A stretch of DNA of 64,000 nt from Leptospira sp. (lineage in GTDB: Bacteria > Spirochaetota > Leptospiria > Leptospirales > Leptospiraceae), in NCBI GenBank assembly GCA_034439575.1, contig JAWXAQ010000007.1, forward strand, positions 64,001 to 128,000, written 5' to 3'. The notes beneath the pieces were generated by a model. The model did no database searches, was not told where the DNA came from, and was given only the letters and a program-made list of their open reading frames with translations. The first letter of the stretch is position 1. Every line of letters begins with the position of its first letter. The translations under genes and the position numbers were made by a program. Below, piece after piece: positions 41,469-50,136 of the stretch.

Positions 41469-41563
41469 CCCCGCGACACCGATTGTAGCGGACATCCTTC
41501 CGTTATTATAAAATATTTGGGTCATAAAAAATTCGGAAGATGGGAGCGGAAAGCGGGTTCGGG
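41469..41563. repeat. REP/MITE-like palindromic element
   Basis: GATTGTAGCGGA / GATGGGAGCGGA internal direct repeats, CTTCCG...CGGAAG and CCCGC...GCGGG inverted arms. Confidence 0.5.
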
Positions 41564-41619
41564 TAATGTATATTATGTGACTGGACAGATGAGATCCGAG
41601 TCGCCCTAATCTTATAAAT

Positions 41620-41645
41620 AAAAAAGCCCGATCATAAGACCGGGC
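41620..41645 (-). terminator. Intrinsic terminator of acyl-CoA dehydrogenase transcript
   Basis: Minus strand GCCCGGTC-TTAT-GATCGGGC followed by T run. Confidence 0.8.
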
Positions 41646-41654
41646 AATCTAACA

Positions 41655-41742
41655 CTCGTTCCCATCTCCCTTCCCTCTCACATCCGTGCTCGAAGGAAGG
41701 ACTTCGCCATCCTGGATACGTTACCGATGGAAACAAGCTTTG
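41655..41742 (-). repeat. Structured dispersed repeat copy 2 (two GGA-loop hairpins)
   Basis: Minus-strand loops CC-AGGAU-GG and GC-ACGGAU-GU; lies between acyl-CoA dehydrogenase stop and terminator. Confidence 0.8.
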
Positions 41743-41777
41743 ATGGCCGGAGAAAGATCGAACAACAAGAACTTTAT

Positions 41778-43454
41778 CTAAGCAGATAAAGCCTGATCAA
41801 GTAAGTCTTTTGCGACTACGCGGAGAGCCATTACTTCTTCTGCACCTTCGAAGATGGAGAAAACGCGAGCATCTACAAAGTATCTTGAAACAGGATATTC
41901 TTCTGCATAACCCATACCACCATGAATCTGCATTGCTTCACGTGTTACCCACTCTGCAATTTTTGATGCATAGAGTTTAACAAGCGTTGCTTCCATTTGA
42001 CCTTTGTGGTCGTCGAGAAGTGTTGCAACATAGTTTGTATATTGGCGAGTGGCTTGTGTGATCATAGCCATCTTTGCGATTTTGAATTTTGTTAAAGTAT
42101 AATCGTAGATTGGTTTTGAGAATACTTTTCTTTCTTGCGCATAACGAAGAGCAGCTTCTAAAGCGGCTTGCATCACACCATTGGCACGAGCCGCAGTTTG
42201 GATACGTCCACCAGCAAAACCTTCCATTTGGTAATAAAAACCTTTACCACGTCCAGCCTCGCCACCAAGAAGATTTTCTTTTGGAATAAAATAATCTTCA
42301 AAGGATACTTCATAAGAATGCATTCCACGATAACCGATAGTGCCGATCGCTTTTCCTTGGATCACACCACCACCATCTTGTTTATAACTAAACTCATGTC
42401 CGTCAAAACTTGGCTTTTCAGCGAGCATAATCGATAGGCCTCTATGTTTGAGGCTAGGATCAGATTCAGTACGGCACAAAACAAGAAGAAGGTTCGCATA
42501 ACCTGCGAATGTGCACCATGTCTTAACTCCGTTAATGACAAAGCCACCTTCTACTTCTTTGGCGGTTACAGAAATACCAGCAACATCTGAACCGTAATTT
42601 GGTTCTGTTACCATAATGCCAGCCATTCTTTCGCCGGAAGCAAGGAGTGGTAACCATTTGTTTTTCTGTTCGTCGGTTCCACCTTTTAGTAGAGCCTTTG
42701 ACATGATTTCTGGACGAGTGATTAATGATCCAGCCGCACCGAGAGAACCACGAGAAAGTTCTTCCGTCACAACTAACATAGATATGTTGTCTGGGCGATC
42801 ATCTGGTTGGATACCGCCAAACTTTTCTGGGATACAAAGTCCGAAACAACCCATATCCTTTAATCCATTGATGATCTCCATAGGGATCAAATCATCATGT
42901 CTGTGAACATGTTCTGCTTGTGGAACGACTACGTTCTCTGCGAAGTCTTTGAATATTTGGCGGAAATTTTCGTGATCTTCAGAAAGACCATAGGCACCGA
43001 AGTGACCAAGGTCTACGATCTTATCAACTATGGCTGTATAGTTGTCAATTTTTGAACCAGCTTCTACGTAAGAATTGATTTCATCTGTGAATAATTTGGA
43101 AAAAATTTCTGGATAAGTTAATTCGTATTCGGCGGGTCTTGCGGCCAATTCAGAACGAATGTTTGTAATCGTTTCTGCGGCAAAGGAAAGAGCCATTTGT
43201 TTTTCCAATTCGCCTGTGCCTTTTTTTTCGTCCCAAGCATAAACGATAAAATTCTCAGCAACTCTTTGCTGAGCTGTTAGCCATGCCAATTGATAGAATA
43301 CGTGTTGGGTTTGGTCCATTTTGCTGACAGAAACTTTTCCGTTATCGGAATTTTTCTTTGCCAAACGTTTTGTGACTTCGTTAAGTAGGGAGGCTTGGGC
43401 TTCGAGTGCCTTTTGCGCGGTTGATTTTTCGAGTTTAACTGCAGTTGCGGTCAT
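41778..43454 (-). CDS. Acyl-CoA dehydrogenase
   Basis: TEPNYGSD, GVKTW, QIHGGMGY, IFEGAEE. Confidence 0.93.
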   Translation of the reverse strand: MTATAVKLEKSTAQKALEAQASLLNEVTKRLAKKNSDNGKVSVSKMDQTQHVFYQLAWLTAQQRVAENFIVYAWDEKKGTGELEKQMALSFAAETITNIRSELAARPAEYELTYPEIFSKLFTDEINSYVEAGSKIDNYTAIVDKIVDLGHFGAYGLSEDHENFRQIFKDFAENVVVPQAEHVHRHDDLIPMEIINGLKDMGCFGLCIPEKFGGIQPDDRPDNISMLVVTEELSRGSLGAAGSLITRPEIMSKALLKGGTDEQKNKWLPLLASGERMAGIMVTEPNYGSDVAGISVTAKEVEGGFVINGVKTWCTFAGYANLLLVLCRTESDPSLKHRGLSIMLAEKPSFDGHEFSYKQDGGGVIQGKAIGTIGYRGMHSYEVSFEDYFIPKENLLGGEAGRGKGFYYQMEGFAGGRIQTAARANGVMQAALEAALRYAQERKVFSKPIYDYTLTKFKIAKMAMITQATRQYTNYVATLLDDHKGQMEATLVKLYASKIAEWVTREAMQIHGGMGYAEEYPVSRYFVDARVFSIFEGAEEVMALRVVAKDLLDQALSA

Positions 43455-43588
43455 GTTGTTTTCGGTCCTGCGGGAATGTTTTCTTCCACAATACTGAAGG
43501 AAAGTACCCTGTCATTTTCATTTTAGACAAGAGAAAGACCGATTTGGCCGATGGGAAATCATGGTCGGAAGGAGAATTTATCAACGTT

Positions 43589-44104
43589 ATGAGAATTATC
43601 GGCATTGATCCTGGCTCGCACCGTGTTGGCTATGCAGTTCTCTCTTTTCCTGAGGCAAATCGTTCCAAACCAGAACTTCTGGTCTATGGAACCATTGAAG
43701 TGGCACCAAAAACTCCATCTCCCGATAACTTATTACAAATCAAAGAGGAACTCGATGGCATCCTCCAAGAATATAAACCCGACTTCGGATCGGTGGAAGA
43801 ACTATTTTTTTTAAAAAATGTAACAACGGGTATGCGGGTTTCTGAATCGAGAGGTGTGATTTTACTATCTCTGGGAGAAAAAAAAATCCCAGCTGTCCAA
43901 CCTTCAGCTACCCAAATTAAAAAAGGGATCTCAGCTAAGGGCAATGCTTCCAAAAAAGAAGTGCGTCAGGCAATCAAACTTATATTGGGATTTAATAACC
44001 TGACTGGCCACGATGATTCTTGGGATGCCATCGCCGCGGCCTTTGTCGGAAAATCGTTAATTCATGGTTTGGTGCAAGTCAAAAGAAAATCTTCAAACAC
44101 TTGA
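43589..44104 (+). CDS. ruvC: Holliday junction resolvase RuvC
   Basis: IIGIDPG, VEELFF, KGNASK, DDSWDA. Confidence 0.92.
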   Translation: MRIIGIDPGSHRVGYAVLSFPEANRSKPELLVYGTIEVAPKTPSPDNLLQIKEELDGILQEYKPDFGSVEELFFLKNVTTGMRVSESRGVILLSLGEKKIPAVQPSATQIKKGISAKGNASKKEVRQAIKLILGFNNLTGHDDSWDAIAAAFVGKSLIHGLVQVKRKSSNT

Positions 44105-45096
44105 GAAATATAAATTTGTTTGCCAATTGGTAAAGCAGTACTTCCCGCAGAAATTTCTGAACCATCATTGGAATACATGGTTTGCACTTCTTTTGTTTTT
44201 CCGTTAATTTTGAATACTTGAGTGGGAGCCAAATTATCTTTGTTAGACGCATGGCGTAAAAATTTGAACGTCGATGGATGTCCGACTGCCCAAAGGTTTC
44301 CTTCTTCATCTTGCAAAATATTATCTGCCCCACTATCAATGGAGATTTTACTTTGAAAATCCAAGGTTAAATTTCCATTTTCACGTTTGATTTTAAACAC
44401 AGAAAGTGCTTTCTCCGAAAATACAGATCTGTATAATATTTCTTCCCCATTTTCCATACGAATAAAAATTCCATTACCTAAAACCACTTTGTTATCCAAG
44501 TTTTGAAATTTTGTTCCGTCATAATAGGCAATATCAGCTGTTCCCCGTTTGATGATCATATTAAAATATTGCATAAATTTATTTTCTGGACCTCGGTCAT
44601 TGGAGGCAAAAATTTCACCTCTCTCATTTAGAAAAATATCATTCGGTCCAGTGAGGAGCTCGTCTTTCAAAGTTTTTGTATGAACCCATTCATTTCCCGT
44701 TTTTCTCTCAAATAGCTCTATTGAATGTGGAGGTTCATTTTGATTTGTATGTGAAATCACAGCTAAAATATCTTTTCCGTTTACTTTCGCATAACTAATT
44801 CCATGTGGTCTGAAATTTTCAGGATAATTTGTAACTAGTTTAACTGGCTTTTGTTCTGCGATCGGTAGACTTAGATCGATCGTTGCTATCCATCCCAAGT
44901 CTTCCATGTTACGTCTGTTATGCACAGAAACAATTAAATATGGTTTTTGGTCGATTCTGACTAGATCTAAATCTTCAGGACCAGGCACTCCACTTATCTT
45001 TGCACAGGCGACCATATCCTTTTTTTCGATCGGTGAGCCACAAGAAATAAAAAACAGAGTAAGAAACACTACAGTAATGGTGGTTTTTGCGTACAT
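44062..45096 (-). CDS. Arylesterase/paraoxonase-like beta-propeller lipoprotein
   Basis: Lipobox FISC; GPEDL, PHGIS, GPNDI, GNGI, ADNI. Confidence 0.85.
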   Translation of the reverse strand: MYAKTTITVVFLTLFFISCGSPIEKKDMVACAKISGVPGPEDLDLVRIDQKPYLIVSVHNRRNMEDLGWIATIDLSLPIAEQKPVKLVTNYPENFRPHGISYAKVNGKDILAVISHTNQNEPPHSIELFERKTGNEWVHTKTLKDELLTGPNDIFLNERGEIFASNDRGPENKFMQYFNMIIKRGTADIAYYDGTKFQNLDNKVVLGNGIFIRMENGEEILYRSVFSEKALSVFKIKRENGNLTLDFQSKISIDSGADNILQDEEGNLWAVGHPSTFKFLRHASNKDNLAPTQVFKINGKTKEVQTMYSNDGSEISAGSTALPIGKQIYISQVFEDFLLTCTKP

Positions 45097-45197
45097 AGAC
45101 TGAAATTCCTATCGATTCTGGTTTTCTCTAGAAAAATATATTTTCCTTGTCACTTTTGTGCAGTGCAAAATAATGGATTGAGAAGGAGTACTCTCCT

Positions 45198-45491
45198 ATG
45201 AGCAATGTGGAAAACAAATTACAAGAAATCGTAAACGCCGGAATCGGTGCCGTAAAGACTTCGAAAGAAGTTTGGGAAAAACTCGTGGTCGACCTGAACG
45301 AAAAGAAGAGCGAATTTGAAGTAAATTTCAAAAAACTCTCGGAACAAGGCGAAAAAGATACGAGCGACAGTGCCTTGAAAGTAAAAATGGGCGTGGCTTG
45401 GGGAATCGTTCGATTTGACGAACTCAAAGACAATGTCGTAAACTATTTCAACAAAGCGAAGGAACAAAAAACAGAAAATCCTTCTAAATAA
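45198..45491 (+). CDS. Small phasin-like amphipathic helical protein
   Basis: NAGIGAV motif; strong RBS AAGGAG. Confidence 0.65.
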   Translation: MSNVENKLQEIVNAGIGAVKTSKEVWEKLVVDLNEKKSEFEVNFKKLSEQGEKDTSDSALKVKMGVAWGIVRFDELKDNVVNYFNKAKEQKTENPSK

Positions 45492-45521
45492 GCGGATTCA
45501 TCTCACCATCCTGAATTTTTT

Positions 45522-45557
45522 CTGGCAGGTTTTCTTAGGAAGGCCTGCCGGTTTTTT
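45522..45557 (+). terminator. Intrinsic terminator
   Basis: CTGGCAGGTTTTC-TTAG-GAAGGCCTGCCGG then TTTTTT. Confidence 0.75.
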
Positions 45558-45585
45558 CAAGAGTTATGGTCCAATTTTGAATTCC

Positions 45586-45657
45586 TCGGAATGACCAGAT
45601 TTGAACTGGCGACCCCTTGCCCCCCAGACAAGTGCGCTACCGCTGCGCTACATCCCG
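45586..45657 (-). tRNA. tRNA-Pro (GGG)
   Basis: CGGGATG acceptor, anticodon arm CTTGT-CTGGGGG-GCAAG, GTTCAAATC T-loop; CCA not encoded. Confidence 0.95.
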
Positions 45658-45756
45658 TTTGATATCTACAATTTTGACAATTGCCGAAATAAACTAAAAA
45701 TAGCAATTCTTTCTCGTAAGGTTTTTCGATTGATCACTTCCATCGAAACAAACATC

Positions 45757-45783
45757 GTTTCCATCGGTAGCGGAGACATGGAT
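45757..45783 (+). repeat. Partial copy 3 of the GGA-hairpin repeat, overlapping AraC RBS and start
   Basis: GTTTCCATCGGTAGCGGAGACATGGAT matches the reverse complement of 38081-38107 at 26/27 nt. Confidence 0.75.
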
Positions 45784-46572
45784 TTTGAAAGCAAAAGCAG
45801 ACTTTATTTATGGAATAGTCGAGTTATGTTTGCAACTAACAGTATGCAAACGGATTTCCATTCGCATTATGCCGCTACACTTGCCATTTCATTAGATAAA
45901 AATATTACAATCGAAACGGAGATAGGCAAAGAAGATTACCGCGTTGCTTTAGTGGGCCCAAATACTTACCACCGAACCATTTCGCCTGGTGTAGAAATGA
46001 TAGCCTTACTCATAGATCCAGAAACTTATGAATTTGGTTCGATTTCTAATTCTATTTCAACGGGGGAAGTGAAAAGATTAGACATTCAAAAATTTTACCC
46101 CCTAATCGATTCTCTTTGGTCATTGTATTATGGTAATTTGAACGACGAAGACGCCACCAAACTTCAATTAAATTTACTTCGAACTGTATATCCATTCGAA
46201 TCATTAGAAAAGGATATAGATCCAAGGATTCAAAAGATTGCAAAAAAAATTCGATTAGAAGTCCCCGATAGCATTCGCATGAAAGAAATTGGAAAAGACT
46301 TTTCTATTTCAGAAGATAGATTGATTCGATTGTTTAAAGAAAATCTAGGAATTCCACTTCGAAGGTATTTATTATGGGTTCGTATCCTACGGGCAGTCAA
46401 AGAAATTAAAGCTGGGAATAACTTAACAGAAGCGGCTCATGCAGCTGGATTTTCTGATTCTGCTCATTTTTCCAGAACCTTTAAAGAAAACTTTGGATTT
46501 ATACCTTCGTTATTTTTCGGACATCTTAAAACCGCAGAAGTTCGATTTTGTGAACCAGATGATATTTATTAA
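45778..46572 (+). CDS. AraC-family transcriptional regulator
   Basis: HSHYA cupin-like N-terminus; AAHAAGFSDSAHFSRTFK; start MDFESK with GGAG RBS. Confidence 0.93.
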   Translation: MDFESKSRLYLWNSRVMFATNSMQTDFHSHYAATLAISLDKNITIETEIGKEDYRVALVGPNTYHRTISPGVEMIALLIDPETYEFGSISNSISTGEVKRLDIQKFYPLIDSLWSLYYGNLNDEDATKLQLNLLRTVYPFESLEKDIDPRIQKIAKKIRLEVPDSIRMKEIGKDFSISEDRLIRLFKENLGIPLRRYLLWVRILRAVKEIKAGNNLTEAAHAAGFSDSAHFSRTFKENFGFIPSLFFGHLKTAEVRFCEPDDIY

Positions 46573-46655
46573 TAAATCTTAAAAACAACGGAATCATTCA
46601 AGCCTAGAATTTTTATATTTGTTATTCTCTTTTTCTAACAAGGAAAAGAAAACCA

Positions 46656-47543
46656 ATGCCCATAACTAAAGAAAGAGGATTCTTATCCAAATTATCTTCC
46701 AAGTTCTCCAAACTAAATTCTGAATCGATTCGAATTCCCAATGCGGAAGAAAAAGCAGGGTTTTTAAAAGCACAAAAACTTGCTTATGAATGTGTAACCA
46801 CCATTGAAAAAGAAATGGTCCCTGGATGTACGGAAAAACAAACCACCAAACGGATGGATGAATTTTTACGCGATCATGGTGTGAAAGTATTTTTACACCG
46901 ACCCTTTGCTTGGTTTGGTGAACATGCAAGGTTTGATGGTTATAAACGATTTACTCAATTTCATCCTGGTAACAAAACTTTAAAAGAAGAGGAAACATTC
47001 ATTCTGGATGTTTCCCCAGTTGTTGATGGTTATATCGGTGATATTGGTTACTCATCTTCTTTAGTTAAAAATTCTGAACTCGATTTTGGTATGGAATATC
47101 TATTAGAACTTCGAGATAAAATTCCTAAATACTTTAGTTCCTCGCTAACTCCATCAGAGATTTGGTGGCAAATTGATTTAGAAGCAAAAAATGCTGGATT
47201 TGATAATGTACATGCTTTGTATCCCTTTGCAGTACTAGGACATCGAGTGTATAAAGTCAATTTACCCAATATCTCTTTTCCATTATTGCCAATTAGTTTT
47301 GCTAGTTGGTTTAGTTTGCAGGGATCGTATGAATTTTTATCACATAAAGTTTTACCTGAACTATTAACACCAGATCACGAAGGAGACAAGGTCGGGTTAT
47401 GGGCCATTGAGCCGCATTTAGGTAGAGGAAAAACTGGATTTAAATTCGAAGAAATATTAGTCGTTGAAGAAAACAAAGCTTACTGGTTAGACGATGATGT
47501 TCCGCATGTTAAAAAATACCAAACCCTAAAGGAAACAATATGA
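46656..47543 (+). CDS. M24-family metallopeptidase (catalytic domain only)
   Basis: LDVSP, GDIG, LGH, IEP, FEE metal ligands. Confidence 0.85.
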   Translation: MPITKERGFLSKLSSKFSKLNSESIRIPNAEEKAGFLKAQKLAYECVTTIEKEMVPGCTEKQTTKRMDEFLRDHGVKVFLHRPFAWFGEHARFDGYKRFTQFHPGNKTLKEEETFILDVSPVVDGYIGDIGYSSSLVKNSELDFGMEYLLELRDKIPKYFSSSLTPSEIWWQIDLEAKNAGFDNVHALYPFAVLGHRVYKVNLPNISFPLLPISFASWFSLQGSYEFLSHKVLPELLTPDHEGDKVGLWAIEPHLGRGKTGFKFEEILVVEENKAYWLDDDVPHVKKYQTLKETI

Positions 47544-48775
47544 ATTTTAAATTACCTCAATCTTTAGTAATCATCTTTTTATTATCCTTTGGATGTAATA
47601 CTGGAAATATCAAAATTGGCAAAGCTTACAAACTAGGTAATGTTCCAAATTCTATTTTAGAAGTAAATAAACCAGATCCTTTTTTAACTAATTTAAAAGT
47701 CGACTTACCTGAGTTACCTGGTCATGATGATCTAATTTTTGATAATCAAAATCAGATCGCCTTTGCTTCCGGTATGGATGGTTGGATTTGGAAATTAGAT
47801 TTTAAATCGAATTCTGCAACAGCTTGGGTAAAACCTCCTGTGAATCCAGCAGGATTACAATTTTCAAATCAATCAAATGAATCTATTTTGGTATGTGCTT
47901 CAAAACTTGGTGGAGTTACTTATGATGAAACCAATCGTGTTGGTTTGTATGAAGTGAACATAAAATCAAAAACAATTCTACCACTTCTAATCTCATTACC
48001 AAAAATCGAAATTAATGATTTTGAAACCGTATATTCCGAATCGAATCGGCCAACGTTTGCATTAAAGAGTTTAAACGAATCTAACTCGAGAGCTTTTTCA
48101 TTATGTAATGACCTTGCTGTGTCCAAAGATGGAAACAGAGTTTATATCTCGGAACCTTTTGAAAGGTCTGATGCCGCTATGGGAAGTGGAGCTGTTCCTG
48201 AAGCAATTGGTCTCTATCCCCATGGAAAACTTTGGATGTTTGATCGAAAACAAAATACCGTTTCACTGATTATGAATGGATTCACTTTTGTGGACGGTAT
48301 CATCATCGCAGAACATTCCAATACAAAAGAAGAAGCAGTGATCATCACTGAAACAACAAAGTTTAGAATCATCAAAGCATATATTAGTGGAATCAAAGAA
48401 GGAACTTCGGAAGTTTTATTTGAAAACCTACCTGGCCTTGCCGATGGAATCGAACGAGATACAAAAGGAAGGCTTTGGATTGGGATCATCAAACCACGTT
48501 CTGGTCTTATCAATATGGTTCACAACAATCCATGGCTAAAACCTTTTTTGTTATCAATTCCAAAGCGAATTTTACCAATTGCTAAAAAAACAGGAATTTT
48601 GGTGCTCGATCCCACTGGTAAAAAAGCACTTTATTATTCAATGCATGATGGATCTAAAATAAAAGATATCTCTGTCGCTGTTCCCAATTTAGAAACGGTT
48701 TACTTTCCATCGTTTGATACATCCTCTCGAGGTCTATATTCAATTCCTATCACAAGTTTTAAGTTAGGCGAATAG
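47540..48775 (+). CDS. Strictosidine synthase/SMP-30-like beta-propeller lipoprotein
   Basis: Lipobox SFGC; NDLAVSKDG, FVDG, NLPGLADG. Confidence 0.8.
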   Translation: MNFKLPQSLVIIFLLSFGCNTGNIKIGKAYKLGNVPNSILEVNKPDPFLTNLKVDLPELPGHDDLIFDNQNQIAFASGMDGWIWKLDFKSNSATAWVKPPVNPAGLQFSNQSNESILVCASKLGGVTYDETNRVGLYEVNIKSKTILPLLISLPKIEINDFETVYSESNRPTFALKSLNESNSRAFSLCNDLAVSKDGNRVYISEPFERSDAAMGSGAVPEAIGLYPHGKLWMFDRKQNTVSLIMNGFTFVDGIIIAEHSNTKEEAVIITETTKFRIIKAYISGIKEGTSEVLFENLPGLADGIERDTKGRLWIGIIKPRSGLINMVHNNPWLKPFLLSIPKRILPIAKKTGILVLDPTGKKALYYSMHDGSKIKDISVAVPNLETVYFPSFDTSSRGLYSIPITSFKLGE

Positions 48776-48786
48776 AAAATAAAATT

Positions 48787-50082
48787 ATGAAGATCAATAT
48801 GAACCAACCTACAATGAATTTTTGGACTCTTAAAACACTTACAATCATTAGTTTGTTTTTAATTTTATTTTCTTGTCGAACACCAGAGGAATACTTTAAA
48901 AACCAAATTAAAGGTCCGGTGGATCTACCTTACCATCCATCCATAATCGCTTTAAAATCAGAAGGAGATCCTATCAAAGAAAATGTTACGATCAGCGGGT
49001 CAACACTGCCGGCGCAAGATGAAATTCTATTACAAGAAGATTTAGGTAGGGCATTCGTTGCTTCAATTGATGGATGGATTTGGAAAGTTGACCTTACCAA
49101 CAATCATGCAGAACCGTTTGTAAAAACTCCACTTTTACCAGGAGGAATGGTCTTTCATCCCAAAAATAAGGATATCATTTTTATGTGTTTGTCGAGGGGA
49201 AAACAACATGTTGATAATCTCGTTGATATACCTGGAATTTATGAATTAACGATTTCAACCAAACAATTTCGTAAAATTGGAACTCGTGTCCCTTTAGTTG
49301 ATAAAACAAAAGAACCTTCAGTCAATCAGATAGGTATATTTTATCCTCATGGCAAAGAAACAAAAATCCCAATCTCTGGATTAAATGATACTAACAGTCG
49401 CAATGTGGAAAAGGCAGACGACCTAGCAATTAGTAAAGACGGGGAACGAATTTATTTTACAGAACCATACGATCATCCTAACTCTATTCTTGGTGTGAGT
49501 TCCCAATCCAAACATGAAGTACTCACTTTGGGACGTAATGGCCATCTCTGGAAATACGATCTAAAAGATAACACAGCAAGTTTAATCGCATACCAATATA
49601 CCTACTTAGATGGAATTTTATTTGAATACAACCAAGGGGAAAAAGAATCTTCCATTTTACTAAATGAACTTTCCAAATCTCGACTCATTCGATTACACCT
49701 AACTGGCGATAAAGAAGGAAAAGATGAGAATGTGATCGAAGGGCTTCCTGGTTTTCCCGATGGTATGGATAGAGATCCCTCTGGCAGAATTTGGATCGCC
49801 ATTCCTGTGGAAAGATCCAAATTAATTACTTGGTTACACAAACATCCTTTTTGGAAACGAATTGCCCTCTATATACCAGAGAGTCTACAACCAGTTTCTA
49901 AAAAAACAGGAATACTAACATTATCTCCTGACGGATCAAAACCATTGTATTATTCCCTTCATAATGGTAGTTTATTTTCCTATATCATCGTAGTTGTTCC
50001 TGGCAAAGAAAAATTATATTTGGCAGTATACCAAGATGGATTCAAAGGATTTGTCACAATGCCATATCCTAACAATATTTAG
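48787..50082 (+). CDS. Strictosidine synthase/SMP-30-like beta-propeller lipoprotein, paralog of upstream gene
   Basis: Lipobox LFSC; DDLAISKDG, YLDG, GLPGFPDG. Confidence 0.8.
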   Translation: MKINMNQPTMNFWTLKTLTIISLFLILFSCRTPEEYFKNQIKGPVDLPYHPSIIALKSEGDPIKENVTISGSTLPAQDEILLQEDLGRAFVASIDGWIWKVDLTNNHAEPFVKTPLLPGGMVFHPKNKDIIFMCLSRGKQHVDNLVDIPGIYELTISTKQFRKIGTRVPLVDKTKEPSVNQIGIFYPHGKETKIPISGLNDTNSRNVEKADDLAISKDGERIYFTEPYDHPNSILGVSSQSKHEVLTLGRNGHLWKYDLKDNTASLIAYQYTYLDGILFEYNQGEKESSILLNELSKSRLIRLHLTGDKEGKDENVIEGLPGFPDGMDRDPSGRIWIAIPVERSKLITWLHKHPFWKRIALYIPESLQPVSKKTGILTLSPDGSKPLYYSLHNGSLFSYIIVVVPGKEKLYLAVYQDGFKGFVTMPYPNNI

Positions 50083-50136
50083 TTGATAGAATTAAAATTC
50101 TCTTGTTAAATCACAAACGGAAAAAATCATAGGAGC

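Noticed and set aside
38027-41742. CRISPR array or IS ends as explanation for the repeats
   Set aside because: Only two full copies 3.6 kb apart; no regular spacers, cas genes, transposase or terminal inverted repeats
43445-43588. Extended RuvC N-terminus
   Set aside because: RuvC homology starts at MRIIGIDPG; the extension spans the divergent promoter
44062-44104. Convergent 3' overlap of ruvC and the arylesterase gene
   Set aside because: Short tail-to-tail overlaps are common in this compact genome (also 60236-60246, 60975-60996)
45601-45777. N-terminal extension of the AraC ORF from the track
   Set aside because: Overlaps tRNA-Pro on the opposite strand; a better start with RBS lies at 45778
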